From: Prorocentrum cordatum
Taxonomy: Eukaryota
Assembly (NCBI GenBank): GCA_963575745.1
Contig: CAUYUJ010000261.1
Span: forward strand, 1-64,000
Direction of reading: 5' to 3'
Length of the DNA stretch: 64,000 nucleotides
A program made the position numbers and the translations under genes. Below are positions 1 through 12,885 of this stretch, piece after piece. Under the pieces are notes generated by a model, which was not told the origin of the DNA, ran no database searches, and saw only the letters and a program-made list of their open reading frames with translations. Position 1 is the first letter of the stretch; each line of letters starts with the position of its first letter.

Positions 1-428
1 CTTGCGGATTCGTGCGAAACCCAACACTTTTTAATCATTTCTGTCAAACGGGCTTTTGCGAGCAACTTTTTCGAACTTCTGCAACAACGGTTGCGCACCT
101 GCCAGGGCCATCATCCCTGTCAAATAATACCATGCGGGACACATTCGTTTTTTGCGCGCGCACGCCGAAATCTCCAAAAACCATTGGGTTCTTAAGAATT
201 TTAGCACCGCGCATGTGTACCCACGCCAGTGTAGTAGCCACGGTCGTCCGCACGCCACGAAGTGAAGTGTCCCAACGTCATAGGGCGGGAAGCTGGGTTT
301 GGGTGGTCGCGAAGAGTCGATTGGATATTTGGTAGAGCTTGTAATGCCCCCCCACGAAGTGGGGGTATTGCCTGGTGTCGTATGAAAACCCTGGCACTGG
401 GGAGAACACCACGCGTTCGGGTAAAATG

Positions 429-482
<54 letters not shown>

Positions 483-1206
483 GAATTCTCACTCCTGAAG
501 AATAATTATGCTTGATCCCCCCCCGCCGGTGCATACTGTTTGTCTCAATCAAAGTGTGCCCCTCGACGCTCGCGCTTTGTTTTTGACAGGGAAAATCTTC
601 CTGCTCAAACTGGGCCCCTGGCCCCCGGGTTGCAACAACAACGGCCCCCGCCTGAGACGTCCTCACAATTTAGCCAGGACCCCCGCTCCCGCCCGAGATT
701 TCCTTTCGTTGTATTCAGGAATCGCGCTCTCGCTTTGGGATTTCCTTACAATGTATTCAGGAGTCGCTCTCCCGGCGCTCTGGAGTCGCGCTCTCGCTGG
801 AGACTTGCTTGCAATTTACAGAAGAATAGCGTCCTTGCGTTGAAATTTCTTGCAATTTGCTGAAGCGCCGCGCTCCCGACACCCAGGCACCCATGAGTCG
901 CGCCCGTTGTGGCCCCATGTGCATGCCCTTCGTGGCCCCGCTGTCGCCGTTTGTGGCCCCTCCCACTGTCCTACGTGGCCCAGTTGCTACCGTCAGTGGC
1001 CCCATCGTTGCCTTCTGTGGCCCCGCAGTGTTTGCCCTTCGTGGCCCCCGCTCGTTCACGCTCTTCGTGGCCCCATACGCATTCCCTTCGTGTCCATGCT
1101 GTCGGCCTTCGTGGCCTATTTCGTGTCCTTCGTGGCCGTGCTGTCGTTTTATCTCGCTCTCGCTTTCGCTCGTCGTCGCCGTCGTCGTCGTCGCAGTCGT
1201 CGTCGA

Positions 1207-1251
<45 letters not shown>

Positions 1252-4200
1252 GGTCGGTCCCCTGTCCGTCCCTCTTGGGGTCGGGTCGACGGCCCGCGGC
1301 CGCCCAGCCGATCAGCGCTGCCGCTGGCCAGGCCGACGGTCCGCGGCCGCCCCGCCGCTTGCCGGGGCCCGGCCTGCAGGGAAGAAAGGTATACCCCCCA
1401 TCAAGGGGTTCGATCGAAGATGAAGAGGGCGGGTATCGAGGGTTTGGGAAATACTCGTTATTGGACACTCGAGCAGATAAGGGCGAATTGTTTTAAAATG
1501 ATTGTTGGTGTTGGTGTTGTTGTTGTTGTTGTGGTTGTTGTTGTTGTTGAACATTATTAATTCTAAAGAATAATTATTGTTGGGACCCCTGGTGCACGGC
1601 CCCCCCGCCGCGCCTAGGCCGCAGCTACATTTTCATCATTTTTTCGCGAAGCTTCAGAAAAGTGGATGGGGATCCAGATCCGGTTGTTTTGTTGTAATCC
1701 GTTTTCCCTTGCAAAAAACACTATAAAATGACATTTCTTGTTCTAATATAATCAAATTTCAAGAATCCCTTGCAAAAATAAGGTAAAGTGGACATTCGCG
1801 CGCGCAAGACGAAATCCTTCCAAAAGCTTAGTGTTCGGAACGATTTTAACATAAAAACATCAAAAAAACCAATGGTTTCTCAACAAAAAAATGTCAAAAT
1901 CTCATCCCGCGCGCTCTTGCGGATTCGTAGGAAACCCAACACTTTTTAAACATTTCTGTCAAACGGGCTTTTGCGAGCAACTTTTTCGAACTTCTGCGAC
2001 AACGGTTGCGCACCTGCCAGGGCCATCATCCCTGTCAAATAATACCATGCGGGACACATTCGTTTTTTCTTCGCGCGCGCACGCCGTCGTCGTCGGCCGC
2101 GGGGCCCTGAATAGTAGCCACGGTCGTCCGCATGCCACGAAGTGAAGTGTCCGAACGTCATAGGGCGGGAAGCTGGGTGTGGGTGGTGGCGAAGAGTCGT
2201 TTGGAAATTTGGTAGAGCTTGAACCGGCCCCCCCACAAAGTGGGGGTATTGCCCGCCTCCTATGAAAACCCTGGCACTGGTGAGAACGGAGTGTCCCCAC
2301 GTGCTAGTAATTGTTGTTGTTGAACACTATTACTTCTAAAGAATTATTATTGTTGGACCCCCTGGTGCACGCCCCCCGCCCAAAACCTAGGCCGCAGCTA
2401 CATTTTCATCATTTTTCTGCGAAAGCTTCAGAAAAGTGGATTACCCCCGGATCCGGTTTTTTGTTGACGCTCGTTTTCCCTTGCAAAAAACAATAGAAAA
2501 TGAAAATTCTTGTTCTTAGTTGATCAAATTTCAAGAATCCCTTGCAAAAAATAAGGTAAAGTGGACATTCGCGCTCGCAAGACGAAATCCTTCCAAAACC
2601 TTAGGTTTCGTAGCGATTTTAACATAAAAACATCAAAAACCCAATGGTTTTTAAAGAAAAAATGGTCAAAATGTCCTTCCGCGCGCTCTTGCGGATTCAT
2701 AGGAAACACACCACTTTTTAAACATTTCTGTCAAAAGGGTCTTTGCGTGCTACTTCTTCAGGTGCTTTGAACTTCTCCAACAACGGTTGCGCGCCTGCGA
2801 GGGCCACCATCCCTTGCAAAAAATGAGACGAAGTGCACATGCGCGCGGCCGCCGCGCGCGCATGTCGAAATCCTGCCAAACACAATGGGTTTTCAATAAT
2901 TTCAAGATGCGATGTTCAGAAAACATATGAAAACGCACTACTTTCTCATCCGAAAAATCTCGAAATCCATTCGCGGTCTCTTGATGAATCTTTAAAACCC
3001 AAGATGGCCCCAACAGGCGCGCAAGATGGCCCCAAGAGGCGTCCATGAGGCCCAAAGAGGCGCCCAAGATGGTCCCAAGAGGCTTCAAGAGGACTCCAAG
3101 AGGCCCCCAAGAGGTTCCAGAGAGGCTCCAAGGTGGCTCCAAGAGACCCCCAAGATGGCCCCAGGAGGCGTTCTAGAGGCCCCATTCATGCGGAGATCGT
3201 ATCCGGCCTCTCCTACAGGGCCCTGGCCACCTTGGACGTATTCATTGCGTACCACGCGGCCTTCATGGGTACGGACCCGCAGAAAATGGCCCTTTGGAAC
3301 GTATCCCCTGAGGTCGGCACAGAGATCACGTATCCGCGTCAAGACCAGTGGTGGTGGTTGCCCGTATGGCGGTCGTATGGTCAGAGCGACGAGCTTCCGA
3401 ACATGCTCGATTACCAGGCCTTGCCACCGCAGGTCCACAACGTGCTCGCGGTAGCACTGCCGTATGCAAGCACCGGCCTTCCCGCCAGCAGGCGTATCGG
3501 CAATCTCATTGGGCATCTGGGACCGCACGGGTATCAGCCAGGCCCGCACGTGTATCAGCCAGGCAGCCGGGCACCCACGCGCCCGCTCCGCGCCATCGCA
3601 GACGACGATGCGTCGCGCCTTTAGTATGCTTCTGGATGCGAAGACCATTCGGTTGAGTATACCCCTACGTGTGACTGGACCTGTTTGCGAAAGCAGGAGA
3701 AAGTATGGCACCCCTTTGTGTCCAGAGCCGCGCCGTCTGCGTTCTTCCTTTCTCGCTTCTCTCCTTTCCTCCTTGTCCTGCTCCTCCTCCCCCTCTTCCG
3801 CCTTGGAGCCGTATTGGAACTGTCGATGGCCATCTCCCTTTCTCCCTCGCATGTCTGCTTGTACATGCGTATAATTTCAGAACTTACCGTGCATGCGATC
3901 GTTTACAACATGGTGGACCGTGCGTATGTCACGAACCTTGTATACATGTGTTTCTCTCCCTCCGTCTGGCTGTGCACGCGCGCGTTGGGCACTGAGAGTT
4001 AGGATCATAGCGCCATGAGTCTATGAGCAATGCATGCGTCATCCTTGGGACTGTATAACATCAGTGTAACACATGTACTTCTGTAATCGCATCCCCACGA
4101 ATTTGCCCCAAAAATGTGACCAACTATCTTGGCACTGCGTACCATCTCACGTGTACCGTGTACCACATCATATGTAACAGATGTGATCAACCTCTGTGGG

Positions 4201-4416
4201 TGTGTACCCCACGCCAGTGTAGTAGCCAGGGTCGTCCGCACGCCACGAAGTGAAGTGTCCCAACGTCATAGGGCGGGAAGCTGGGTGTGGGTGGTCTCGA
4301 AGAGTCGTTTGGATATTTGGTAGAGCTTGAACGGCCCCCCCACGAAGTGGGGGTATTGGCTGGTGTCGCAAGAAAACCCTGGCACTGGGGAGAACACTGA
4401 GCGTTCGGGTAAAATG

Positions 4417-4461
<45 letters not shown>

Positions 4462-5270
4462 GAACTCTCGCTCTTGAATAATAATTATTGTTGATCCCCC
4501 CCCCACTGGTGCACATTGATTTTTTCAATTGAAGTGCCCCCCCCGGGGCTCGCATTTGGTTTTTTGTCAAGGAAAGTTTTCCTGCTCAAGCTGGCCCCCT
4601 GGCCCCCGGGTTACAACAAAAACGGCTCCCGCTTGAGACTCCCTCACAATGTAGCCAAGACCCCCGCTCCCGCCCGAGACTTCCTCGCATTTTATTCAAG
4701 AATCGCGCTCTCGCTTTGGGATTTCCTTACAATGTATTCAGGAATCGCTCCTCCTGCGCTCTGGAGTCGCGCTTTCGCTGGAGACTTGTTTGCAATTTAC
4801 TGAAGAATAGCGCCATTGCATTGGAACCTCTTGCAATTTACTCCAGCGCCGCGCTCCCGACACCCAGGCACCCAGGAGTCGCGCTCACGCTTAGGACTCC
4901 TTCGCAGATTACCTAGGAATCGGGATCTCGCTGCCTTTCGTGGCCCCGTTGCAGCCCTTCGTGGCCCCTCGTTGTGTTTCGTGGCCCCGTTGCAGCCTTT
5001 CGTGGCCCCCTCGCTTTGTCTCGTGGCCCAGTCGCAGCCCGTCGTGGCCTCCTCGTTGCCCTTCGTGGCCCCGTTGCAGCCCTTCGTGGCCCCCTCGCTT
5101 TGTTTCGTCGTCCCTTTGCAGCCCTTCGTGGCCCCTTCGCTGCCCTTCGTGGCCCCGTTGCAGCCCTTCGTGGCCCCGTTGCAGCCCTTCGTGGCCCCCT
5201 CGCTGTCCTTCGCGGCCCCGTTGCAGCCATTCGTGGGCCCCTCGCTTTGTTTCGTGGCCCCATATACTAG
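1..5270. repeat. Modular dispersed/tandem repeat family A, with (TTG)n tracts and a GTGGCCCC minisatellite
   Basis: Blocks such as cttgcggattcgtaggaaacccaacacttttt (~1, ~1916, ~2686), ccacgaagtgaagtgtcc (~256, ~2136, ~4243) and aagaataattattgttgg recur. The same blocks recur at 25455-28350. The stretch ~3190-4100 is unique. Confidence 0.85.
3184..3624 (+). CDS. Possible coding fragment of unknown function
   Basis: Stop-free, non-repetitive, protein-like stretch (IHAEIVSGLSYRALATLDVF...WWWLPVWRSYGQ...DDDASRL*). No family recognised. Confidence 0.3.
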   Translation: MHAEIVSGLSYRALATLDVFIAYHAAFMGTDPQKMALWNVSPEVGTEITYPRQDQWWWLPVWRSYGQSDELPNMLDYQALPPQVHNVLAVALPYASTGLPASRRIGNLIGHLGPHGYQPGPHVYQPGSRAPTRPLRAIADDDASRL

Positions 5271-5519
5271 CCGGCCGCTCTGCGGTTGATCGGGAGTTTC
5301 TGTATATAGAAGAAGGTGCGTGCGCTTGTTGGCGAGGGTGAGGATGAGGCTCCTCCTCCTCCTCCTCCTCCTCCTCCTCCTCCTCCTCCTCCTCCTCCTC
5401 CATCCTTCTCTTGCCTCCGTCTGTCCTCCTCCACCACGCAGCTCCATCATCTTCTCCTCCTCCTCCTCCTCCTCCTCCTCCTCCTCCTCCTCCTCCTCCT
5501 CCTCCTCCTCCTCATTCCT

Positions 5520-6862
5520 CCTCTGGGCACCTCCCCCGGGGCGCGGATCCACCGGATCTGTCCGGATCTGTCCGGAAACGGTGCCGGAGGCCGATCTGGG
5601 CTCCTCTGGGCACCTCCCCCGGGGCCGGTTTTGTGAGGATGTCTCAAGCGAGGGCGCCGGTTTGGGATTCGTCGGCGGATCCACTGGATCCAGCGGATCT
5701 GTCCGGAAACAATGCCGGAGGCCGCTCTGGGCTCCTCTGGGCACCTCCCCCGGGGCCGGTTTTGTGAGGATGTCTCAAGCGAGGGCGCCGGTTTGGGATT
5801 CGTCGGCGGATCTGTCCCGAAACGGTGCCGGAGGCCGCTCGGGGCTCCTCTGGGCACCTCCCCTGGGGCCGGTTTTGTGAGGATGTCTCAAGCGAGGGCG
5901 CCGGTTTGGGATTCGTCGGCGGATCAACGGCCGCGGAACAGCCGGATCTGTCCGGAAAACGGTGCCGGAGCTGCAAATCTGGATCTGGTCTCTGGCACCG
6001 CCCCCGGGGGTCCGGTTTTGTGAGGATGTCTCAAGCGAGGGCGCCGGTTTGGGATTCGTCACCGGATCCAGCGGATCCACCGGATCTGTCCGGAAACGGT
6101 GCTGGAGGCCGCTCTGGGCTCCTCCTCTGGGCACCTCCCCCGGAGCCGGTTTTGTGAGGATGTCTCAAGCGAGAGGGCGCCGGTTTGGGATTTCGGCCGC
6201 TCTGGGCTCCATATGGGCACCTCCCCCGGGGCCGGTTTTGTGAGGATGTCTCAAGCGAGGGCGACGGTTTGGGATTCGTCACCGGATCCAGCGGATCCAG
6301 CGGATCCAGCGGATCTGTCCGGAAACGGTGCCGGAGGCCGCTCTGGGCTCCTCTGGGCACCTCCCCCGGGGCCGGTTTTGTGAGGATGTCTAAGCGAGGG
6401 CGCCGGTTTGGGATTCGTCACCGGATCCAGCGGATCCAGCGGATCTGTCCGGAAACGGTGCCGGAGGCCGCTCTGGGCTCCTCTGGGCACCTCCCCCGGG
6501 GCCGGTTTTGTGAGGATGTCTCAAGCGAGGGCGCCGGTTTGGGATTCGTCACCGGATCCAGCGGATCCACCGGATCTGTCCGGAAACGGTGCGGGAGGCC
6601 GCTCTGGGCTCCTCTGGGCACCTCCCCCGGGGCCGGTTTTGTGAGGATGTCTCAAGCGAGGGCGCCGGTTCGGGATTCGTCGGCGGATCCAGCGGATCTG
6701 TCCGGAAACGGTGCCGGAGGCCGCTCTGGGCTCCTCTGGGCACCTCCCCCGGGGCCGGTTTTGTGAGGATGTCTCAAGCGAGGGCGCCGGTTTGGGATTC
6801 GTCGGCGGATCCACCGGATCTGTCCGGAAACGGTGCCGGAGGCCGCTCTGGGCTCCTCTGGC
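5520..6862. repeat. ~122-bp tandem satellite, segment 1
   Basis: Unit ctctgggcacctcccccggggccggttttgtgaggatgtctcaagcgagggcgccggtttgggattcgtc...ggatctgtccggaaacggtgccggaggccgctctgggctc, with a variable number of 9-bp ggatccagc/ggatccacc sub-repeats. Confidence 0.97.
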
Positions 6863-7789
6863 TGGATAGGGTCACGGGCATGTCGGGGATCAGATTAAGA
6901 ATGATGAAAATGGTTTTCTCATGGTTCTAGGCCGCTTGCGGGCCGCGCGGTGCTGAAGTTGAAAATGCTTCATGGTGGTTTCGAAAATGGCCGCGCGCGC
7001 GTTTAAAATAGTTTCGGTGTCAAACTAGCAGCTTGGCGCGCCCGCCATTGGAAGGTATGATTACGCGCAACGCGGCCTTCGCTCAGGGGTGCCAGGGCAA
7101 GTGGCGCTTGATCCTCCTTCCCACTCTGCCCTGCAGTAGGCGGTACGAGCCAAGGGCGTTTGAGCCTTCTTCGCGCCTCTTCACATGCAGCCCGAGCTCG
7201 GCCTTTAAGCGCGCGGGTGTCTTTTGTTGGGCTAGTTGGAACTAGAGGTTGCGTCTCGAACCGAAAGAGCCAACATGTTTTGTCCCACCAATTACCGTTG
7301 CTACTGCACGCTGCTGGGGCCGCCGCCCACGAAGGCATCCCCAGGTTCGCGCCGAGTCCGTCACATGTGAAACGTGCTGCGTTTGCAGGCTGGCCCGCGC
7401 CGAGTCCGTGGCATGTGAAGGGTTTGACAACTCGGCGCCGCGCCGAGCAAGCTATCGTGCCCCCCCTACCCTCCTCATCGGCAGAAGCAGGGGCGCGTGC
7501 AACAGGGCACTTGTTTAAGTTGTTGTATGTTTCAAGTTTGTGCCTAGCAGCTCCGCGAAACTACTGCAGCGCGCGCCTGTGCAGTCCATCGTTGTGTGTG
7601 TTGGGTAATTCGTTATTTTCCCTCCCCGCTCTGAGGTCGCCGCCCTGGGCGGCCGAATGACGAGAAACTTTGCTCAAACTTGCGCCGCAGGATGTGGAGT
7701 GAGAAGATATGGTACGATGCGGGATCGATTACACATGTCTGCGGTAACTGCATATGCAAAGGGGACGATTTGGGGAGACTCGTGGCCCG

Positions 7790-8661
7790 TCAAAGGAGGA
7801 GGACCATGAGCAGGAGCAACTGCAACAGGCGTGCGTCTAGGCGCGCGTGGCCCTGGCACTGCGTCAAAGAAAAACCGTGGTGACTATAATGATTATGGAC
7901 GACCGGGGGGGGCAGCTGCTTTGGCATTGGCGGTGCGCGCCGCAGGCATCTGGATATCTGGACAAACCGCGGGTGCAGCTGCAGGAAGTTTTTCCTGCCC
8001 TCACACTTCCGCTCGTTCGCCAGCGAGACCTCCGTGCTTGTTTTGCGTGCTCGGTCGCACCCGTGTTTCATGTTGCCCACAGCCACCTGGCACTCCATCT
8101 GAGAAATGGCCCCGGCCATGTGTCTCTGGAAAACTGTGCATGGGTCCTTGTTGGTGAACAGCCCCGGGATCGAGGCGTGCACCAACTCCAAACCTCGCTT
8201 TTCGCACTCCGCGATCGCCTCTTCCTGCACCATCAAGCGGCGGGCCAGCCGCTTCTCCGTCGGGCACCACGATCCGCTTGATGCCGCGCTTCTCGCACCT
8301 GTCCACGAAGGCGGCCACGCCCGGCCTGGGCAGGAACGGCGTTGAACCTGGGGAAGCAAAAAAAAACTCCACGACAAATTCGGCGTGCGATTTTGCAGTT
8401 ATTCGCCGCGGGGGCGGTGGAAACATGAAGGCGGTGGGGGGGCGCTTGCTGTAGCAATTGCGTAGTGTAGCTTCTGGCACGCCAACAAATCCAGGGTTTC
8501 GTGCCGATGGGCGATGTTACCTTCGGAAGAGGACGCGACGCGCCACATTCCTCATCCAATGCCCCTGCGGTGTGTGGGGGCGTTGTGGCCCCGCCGTCCT
8601 GGGGCGTTCTTCAAGACGAGCGTTTCCTGGACGGTGGGGGGGTGCCGCGTCCCGCGCCCAT
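7790..8661 (-). pseudogene. Serine recombinase (resolvase-like), left-arm copy, degraded
   Basis: GSTPFLPRPGVAAFVDRCEKRGIKRIVVPD, then a frameshift, then KRLARRLMVQEEAIAECEKRGLELVHAS...DPCTVFQRHMAGAISQME...KCEGRK. This matches the resolvase catalytic-domain layout (SG..RPG, VV...RLAR, helix E, GRK). ATG at 8661 follows an SL-like relic; there is an in-frame stop near the N-terminus. Confidence 0.75.
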
Positions 8662-8695
8662 GATAGCGTGTCCAGAAAAAGCTGCCCCCGCGCTG

Positions 8696-8729
8696 CTTGA
8701 GCCCCGAAAAAGCAACGAATGGCTACAGT
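8696..8729 (-). other. Relict spliced-leader-like sequence
   Basis: Minus strand ACTGTAGCCATTCGTTGCTTTTTCGGGGCTCAAG resembles a split or tandem DinoSL, ~35 nt upstream of ATG 8661. Confidence 0.7.
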
Positions 8730-9523
8730 TGGGTGGTCCACGCTTACTTCCTCCGGTTGCCACGGGCCTCCCAGGGATCCCCGCCGGCCCCCGCTGTCAG
8801 TCCGCCGCAGTCTATTTGTGACTTCTGTCGGGCGACACGAACCTCCCCTGGGCCGTCGCCCGTAGGCTGCACGTACTTCCGCGGCCTCCTGCGGGCCGTC
8901 GGCCGGAAGCTGCACGTACTTCCGCCGGCTGCCGCCGACCTCCCGCCAACGTCTGTTGGCAAGAGCGTCCGCCTCTCCGCCAGCTCTGGCGGGCCCTCAG
9001 CCAGTGGGCCCCGCCTACTCCCGCCGACTGCCGCCGACCTGCCGCTTGCTCCTGCCAGCGCAAGAGCCCCCCCTTCGAACGGCCCCCACGGACCGTCGGC
9101 CAACTTCTGGCGCCGGCCGCCGGGCTGTGCCAGAAGTCGGTCCAGGACTGACTTCTGGCGCGGGCCCGCGTCGGAAGTCGGTCCAGGACCGACTTCCGGC
9201 GCGCCCTTCTGTCTCCGCCCCAACCCTCGTCGGCGCCGTCGCCGGCGTTGCCCCTGCCGCCCTCTAACGTTTTCAAGCCTCGGCGGGGGCCGCGCCCCCC
9301 CTCGCGCGTCCTCCTTCCTCCTCACTGCCCCCTCCCCCAGTTTTCCTATTCGCCCCCCTCCTCGCCCCATTCCCCCCTTCCCCCGCGTCCCCATCCACCG
9401 CCTAATTGTATTCCTCCTGCTCCTGCTCCTACTCCTGCTCCTCCTTCCCTCTCCTATCTGCCGCGCCTGCGGCGTTCGGGCACCGCGCAACATATGTTTG
9501 TTTCGTTTTCTGGCGCCCGCGCC

Positions 9524-10488
9524 ATGCCTGCCAAGATGAAGGCGGCTGCCACGACACGCGCGTCGACGATGACGAACGTGGATGGCGCCAGCGTGCCGCG
9601 GCAGAAGGCACAGATAACGAAGGCGGCCAGGGGCACCCCCCCACCGCCCAGGAAACGCTCGTCTTGAAGAACGCCCCAGGACGGCGGGGCCACAACGCCC
9701 CCACACACCGCAAGGGCATTGGATGAGGAATGCGGCGCGTCGCGTCCTCTTCCGAAGGTAACATCGCCCATCGGCGCGAAACCCTGGATTTGTTAGCGTG
9801 CCAGACGCTACGCTACGCAATTGCTACAGCAAGCGCCCCCCCCCCGCCTTCATGTTTCCACCGCTCCCCGCGGCGAAGTACTGCAAAATCGTACGCCGAA
9901 TTTGTCGTAGATTTTTTTTTTGCTTCCCCAGGTTCAACGCCGTTCCTGTCCAGGCCGGGCGTGGCCGCCTTCCTGGACAGGTGCGAGAAGCGCGGCATCA
10001 AGCGGATCGTGGTGCCCGACGAGAAGCGGTTGGCCCGCCGCTTGATGGCGCAGGAAGAGGCGATCGCGGAGTGCGAAAAGCGAGGTTTGGAGTTGGTGCA
10101 CGCCTCGATCCCAGGGATGTTCACCAACAAGGACCCATACACAGTTTTCCAGAGACACATGGCCGGGGCCATTTCTCAGATGGAGTGCCAGGTGGCTGTG
10201 GGCAACATGAAACACGGGCGCGACCGAGCACGCAAAACAAGCAGGGAGGTCTCGCTGGCGAACGAGCGGAAGTGCGAGGGCAGGAAGAATTTCCTGCAGC
10301 TGCAACCGCGGTTTGTCCAGATATCCAGATGCCTGCGGCGCGCACCGCCAATGCCAAAGCAGCTGCCCCCCCCGGTCGTCCATAATCATTATAGTCACCA
10401 CGGTTTTTCTTTGACGCGGTGCCAGGGCCACGCGCGCCTAGACGCACGCCTGTTGCAGTTGCTCCTGCTCATGGTCCTCCTCCTTTGA
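9524..10488 (+). pseudogene. Serine recombinase (resolvase-like), right-arm copy
   Basis: ORF 9730-10488 has PGSTPFLSRPGVAAFLDRCEKRGIKRIVVPDEKRLARRLMAQEE...FQRHMAGAISQME...HGRDRARK...KCEGRKNF. A basic N-terminus MPAKMKAA... starts at 9524. The expected Y-x-R-x-S catalytic motif is at best degenerate (SS*RTP, ~9659-9676). A possible intron ends at ttttgcttccccag (9931). Confidence 0.78.
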
Positions 10489-11420
10489 CGGGCCACGAGT
10501 CTCCCCAAATCGTCCCCTTGTTGCATATGCAGTTACCGCAGACATGTGTAATCGATCCCGCATCGTACCATATCTTCTCACTCCACATCCTGCGGCGCAA
10601 GTTTGAGCAAAGTTTCTCGTCATTCGGCCGCCCGGGGCGGCGACCGCAGAGCGAGGTGGGAAAATAACGAATTACCCAACACACACACAACATCGATGGA
10701 CTGCACAGGCGCGTGCTGCAGTACTTTCGCGGAGCTGCTAGGCACAAACTTGAAAAACTACAACAACTTAAACAAGTGCCCTTTTGCACGCGCCCCTGCT
10801 TCTGCCGATGAGGGGGGTGGGGGCGCGATAGCTTGCTCGGCGCGGCGCCGAGTTGTCAGACCCTTCACATGCCGCGGACTCGGCGCGGGCCAGCCTGCAA
10901 ACGCAGCACGTTTCACATGTGACGGACTCGGCGCGAACCTGGGGATGCCTTCGTGGGCGGCGGCCCCAGCAGCGTGCAGTAGCAACGGTGATTGGTGGGA
11001 CAAAACATGTTGGCTCTTTCGGTTCGAGACGCAACCTCTAGTTCCAACTAGCCCAACAAAAGACACCCGCGCGCTTAAGGGCCGAGCTCGGGTTGCATGT
11101 GAAGAGGCACGGAGAAGGCTCAAACGCCCTTGGCTCGTACCGCCTACTGCAGGGCAGAGTGGGAAGGAGGATCAAGCGCCACTTGCCCTGGCACCCCTGA
11201 GCGAAGGCAGCGTTGCGCGTAATCATACCTTCCAATGGCGGGCGCGCCAAGCTGCTAGTTTGACGCCGAAACTATTTGAAACCCGCGCGCGGCCATTTTC
11301 AAAACCACCATGAACCATTTTCAACTTCAGCACCGCACGGCCCGCAAGCGGCCTAGAACCATGAGAAAACCATTTTCATCATTCTTAATATGATCCCCGA
11401 CATGCCCGTGACCCTATCCA

Positions 11421-11917
11421 CCTCTGGCACCGCCCCCGGGGCCGGTTTTGTGAGGATGTCTCAAGCGAGGGCGCCGGTTTGGGATTCGTCGGCGGATCCA
11501 CCGGATCCACCGGATCTGTCCGGAAACGGTGCCGGAGGCCGCTCTGGGCTCCTCTGGGCAGCTCCCCCGGGGCTGGTTTTGTGAGGATGTCTCAAGCGAG
11601 GGCGCCGGTTTGGGATTCGTCGGCGGATCCACCGGATCTGTCCGGAAACGGTGCCGGAGGCCGCTCTGGGCTCCTCTGGGCACCTCCCCCGGAGCTGGTT
11701 TTGTGAGGATGTCTCAAGCGAGGGCGCCGGTTTGGGATTCGTCACCGGATCCACCGGATCCACCGGATCTGTCCGGAAACGGTGCCGGAGGCCGCTCTGG
11801 GCTCCTCTGCATGGGCACCTCCCCCGGGGCCGGTTTTGTGAGGATGTCTCAAGCGAGGGCGCCGGTTTGGGATTCGTTCCGGCGATCCCACCGGATTGTT
11901 CCCGGAACGGTGCCCGA
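11421..11917. repeat. ~122-bp tandem satellite, segment 2
   Basis: Same unit, lying between the two large insertions. Confidence 0.95.
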
Positions 11918-12885
11918 CCTTGAGCATCCAATACACCAATATATTGCAAACACCAATATATTAGGATTATCTTAAAATCTCCTCCGTTAAGATTTTCTGT
12001 CAAAATTCGCACCCAAGAAAATCCCCCTAGATGAGGGGCGTTGCCTTCTTTGGGCTTTTTTTTCATACTCAGCGCAAGAGACGAACAACAGGCTGCCCCA
12101 TAAACTTCGTCATGCATGCCCTTGAAAACTCAGACGTGTTCGGAGCACCCCCTCTGCGCTTCCCAAACGCCGCAACGGACCCTCCAAAGTCTTCATCTCG
12201 GTAGTTCCAGTGCTTGGACGGTTGTCCTCCAGAAGAACATAATTCCAAAAAATGATGCAGCTTGGGTTTAATGCGAAATATGTTATCATGCGCCGTCGCC
12301 AAAGCAGTGAAGTGTTGAGCAAAACGCACAGAATGCTCCAGCATCGTGTCTTTCGTAAATGGGAAAGACCCTGCAAGCGCAGCGTAGCAGCGTGATAAAC
12401 TCTGCATGCAAAAATACATAGAAGACTCCACGGGGTCATTCCTGTCGCAGAACTGTTCCGCAAGTTCCATACCCCACGGTATTAGATGCCGAACCATGCC
12501 AGCGCTACATCTGAGCTTGGGATAGCTGTTTGATTTGCCTTTCACAACCCCAATGCTCAAGTGAGGAAGCCTGTTCGGCGCGCCGTTCGGAGGTTGTCTA
12601 TCGTAAAACCCCTGCATCAAAAGGTGCATCTCTCGCATGCGCTGCTTCTGCGTGCCGCCTGGGACTTTCCTCTTGACGACGCAATACCAGATCAGAGAGC
12701 CCATAAAATCTGCAGCTACACCTAAATCCGCGCAGCGCAGCCAATCCAACATCAAAAGTTCGCATGCTGACAAACGGAACCATCAACAAAGGGCATACTC
12801 GATGTCCAGAACCCAGGATTTTCATCAAAAGTTCTTGCCATGATCTGCGGTCCGTGCGCCAGGGCGCGTCGTGGCCGATCTCGGT

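Larger units (their letters stand above)
6863..11420. mobile_element. Fold-back (giant inverted-repeat) element, 4558 bp, 8-bp TSD
   Basis: Termini TGGATAGGGTCACGGGCATG...CATGCCCGTGACCCTATCCA. Arms 6863-8646 and 9632-11420 are reverse complements with scattered substitutions. CCTCTGGC is duplicated at 6855-6862 and 11421-11428, and the satellite resumes in register. Confidence 0.95.

Noticed and set aside
5520..6862. Satellite as a CRISPR or iteron array
   Set aside because: No unique spacers; variation is only in 9-bp sub-repeat number.
6863..11420. IS607/Fanzor element
   Set aside because: No RuvC/TnpB-like ORF was recognised, and long TIRs with an 8-bp TSD do not fit IS607.
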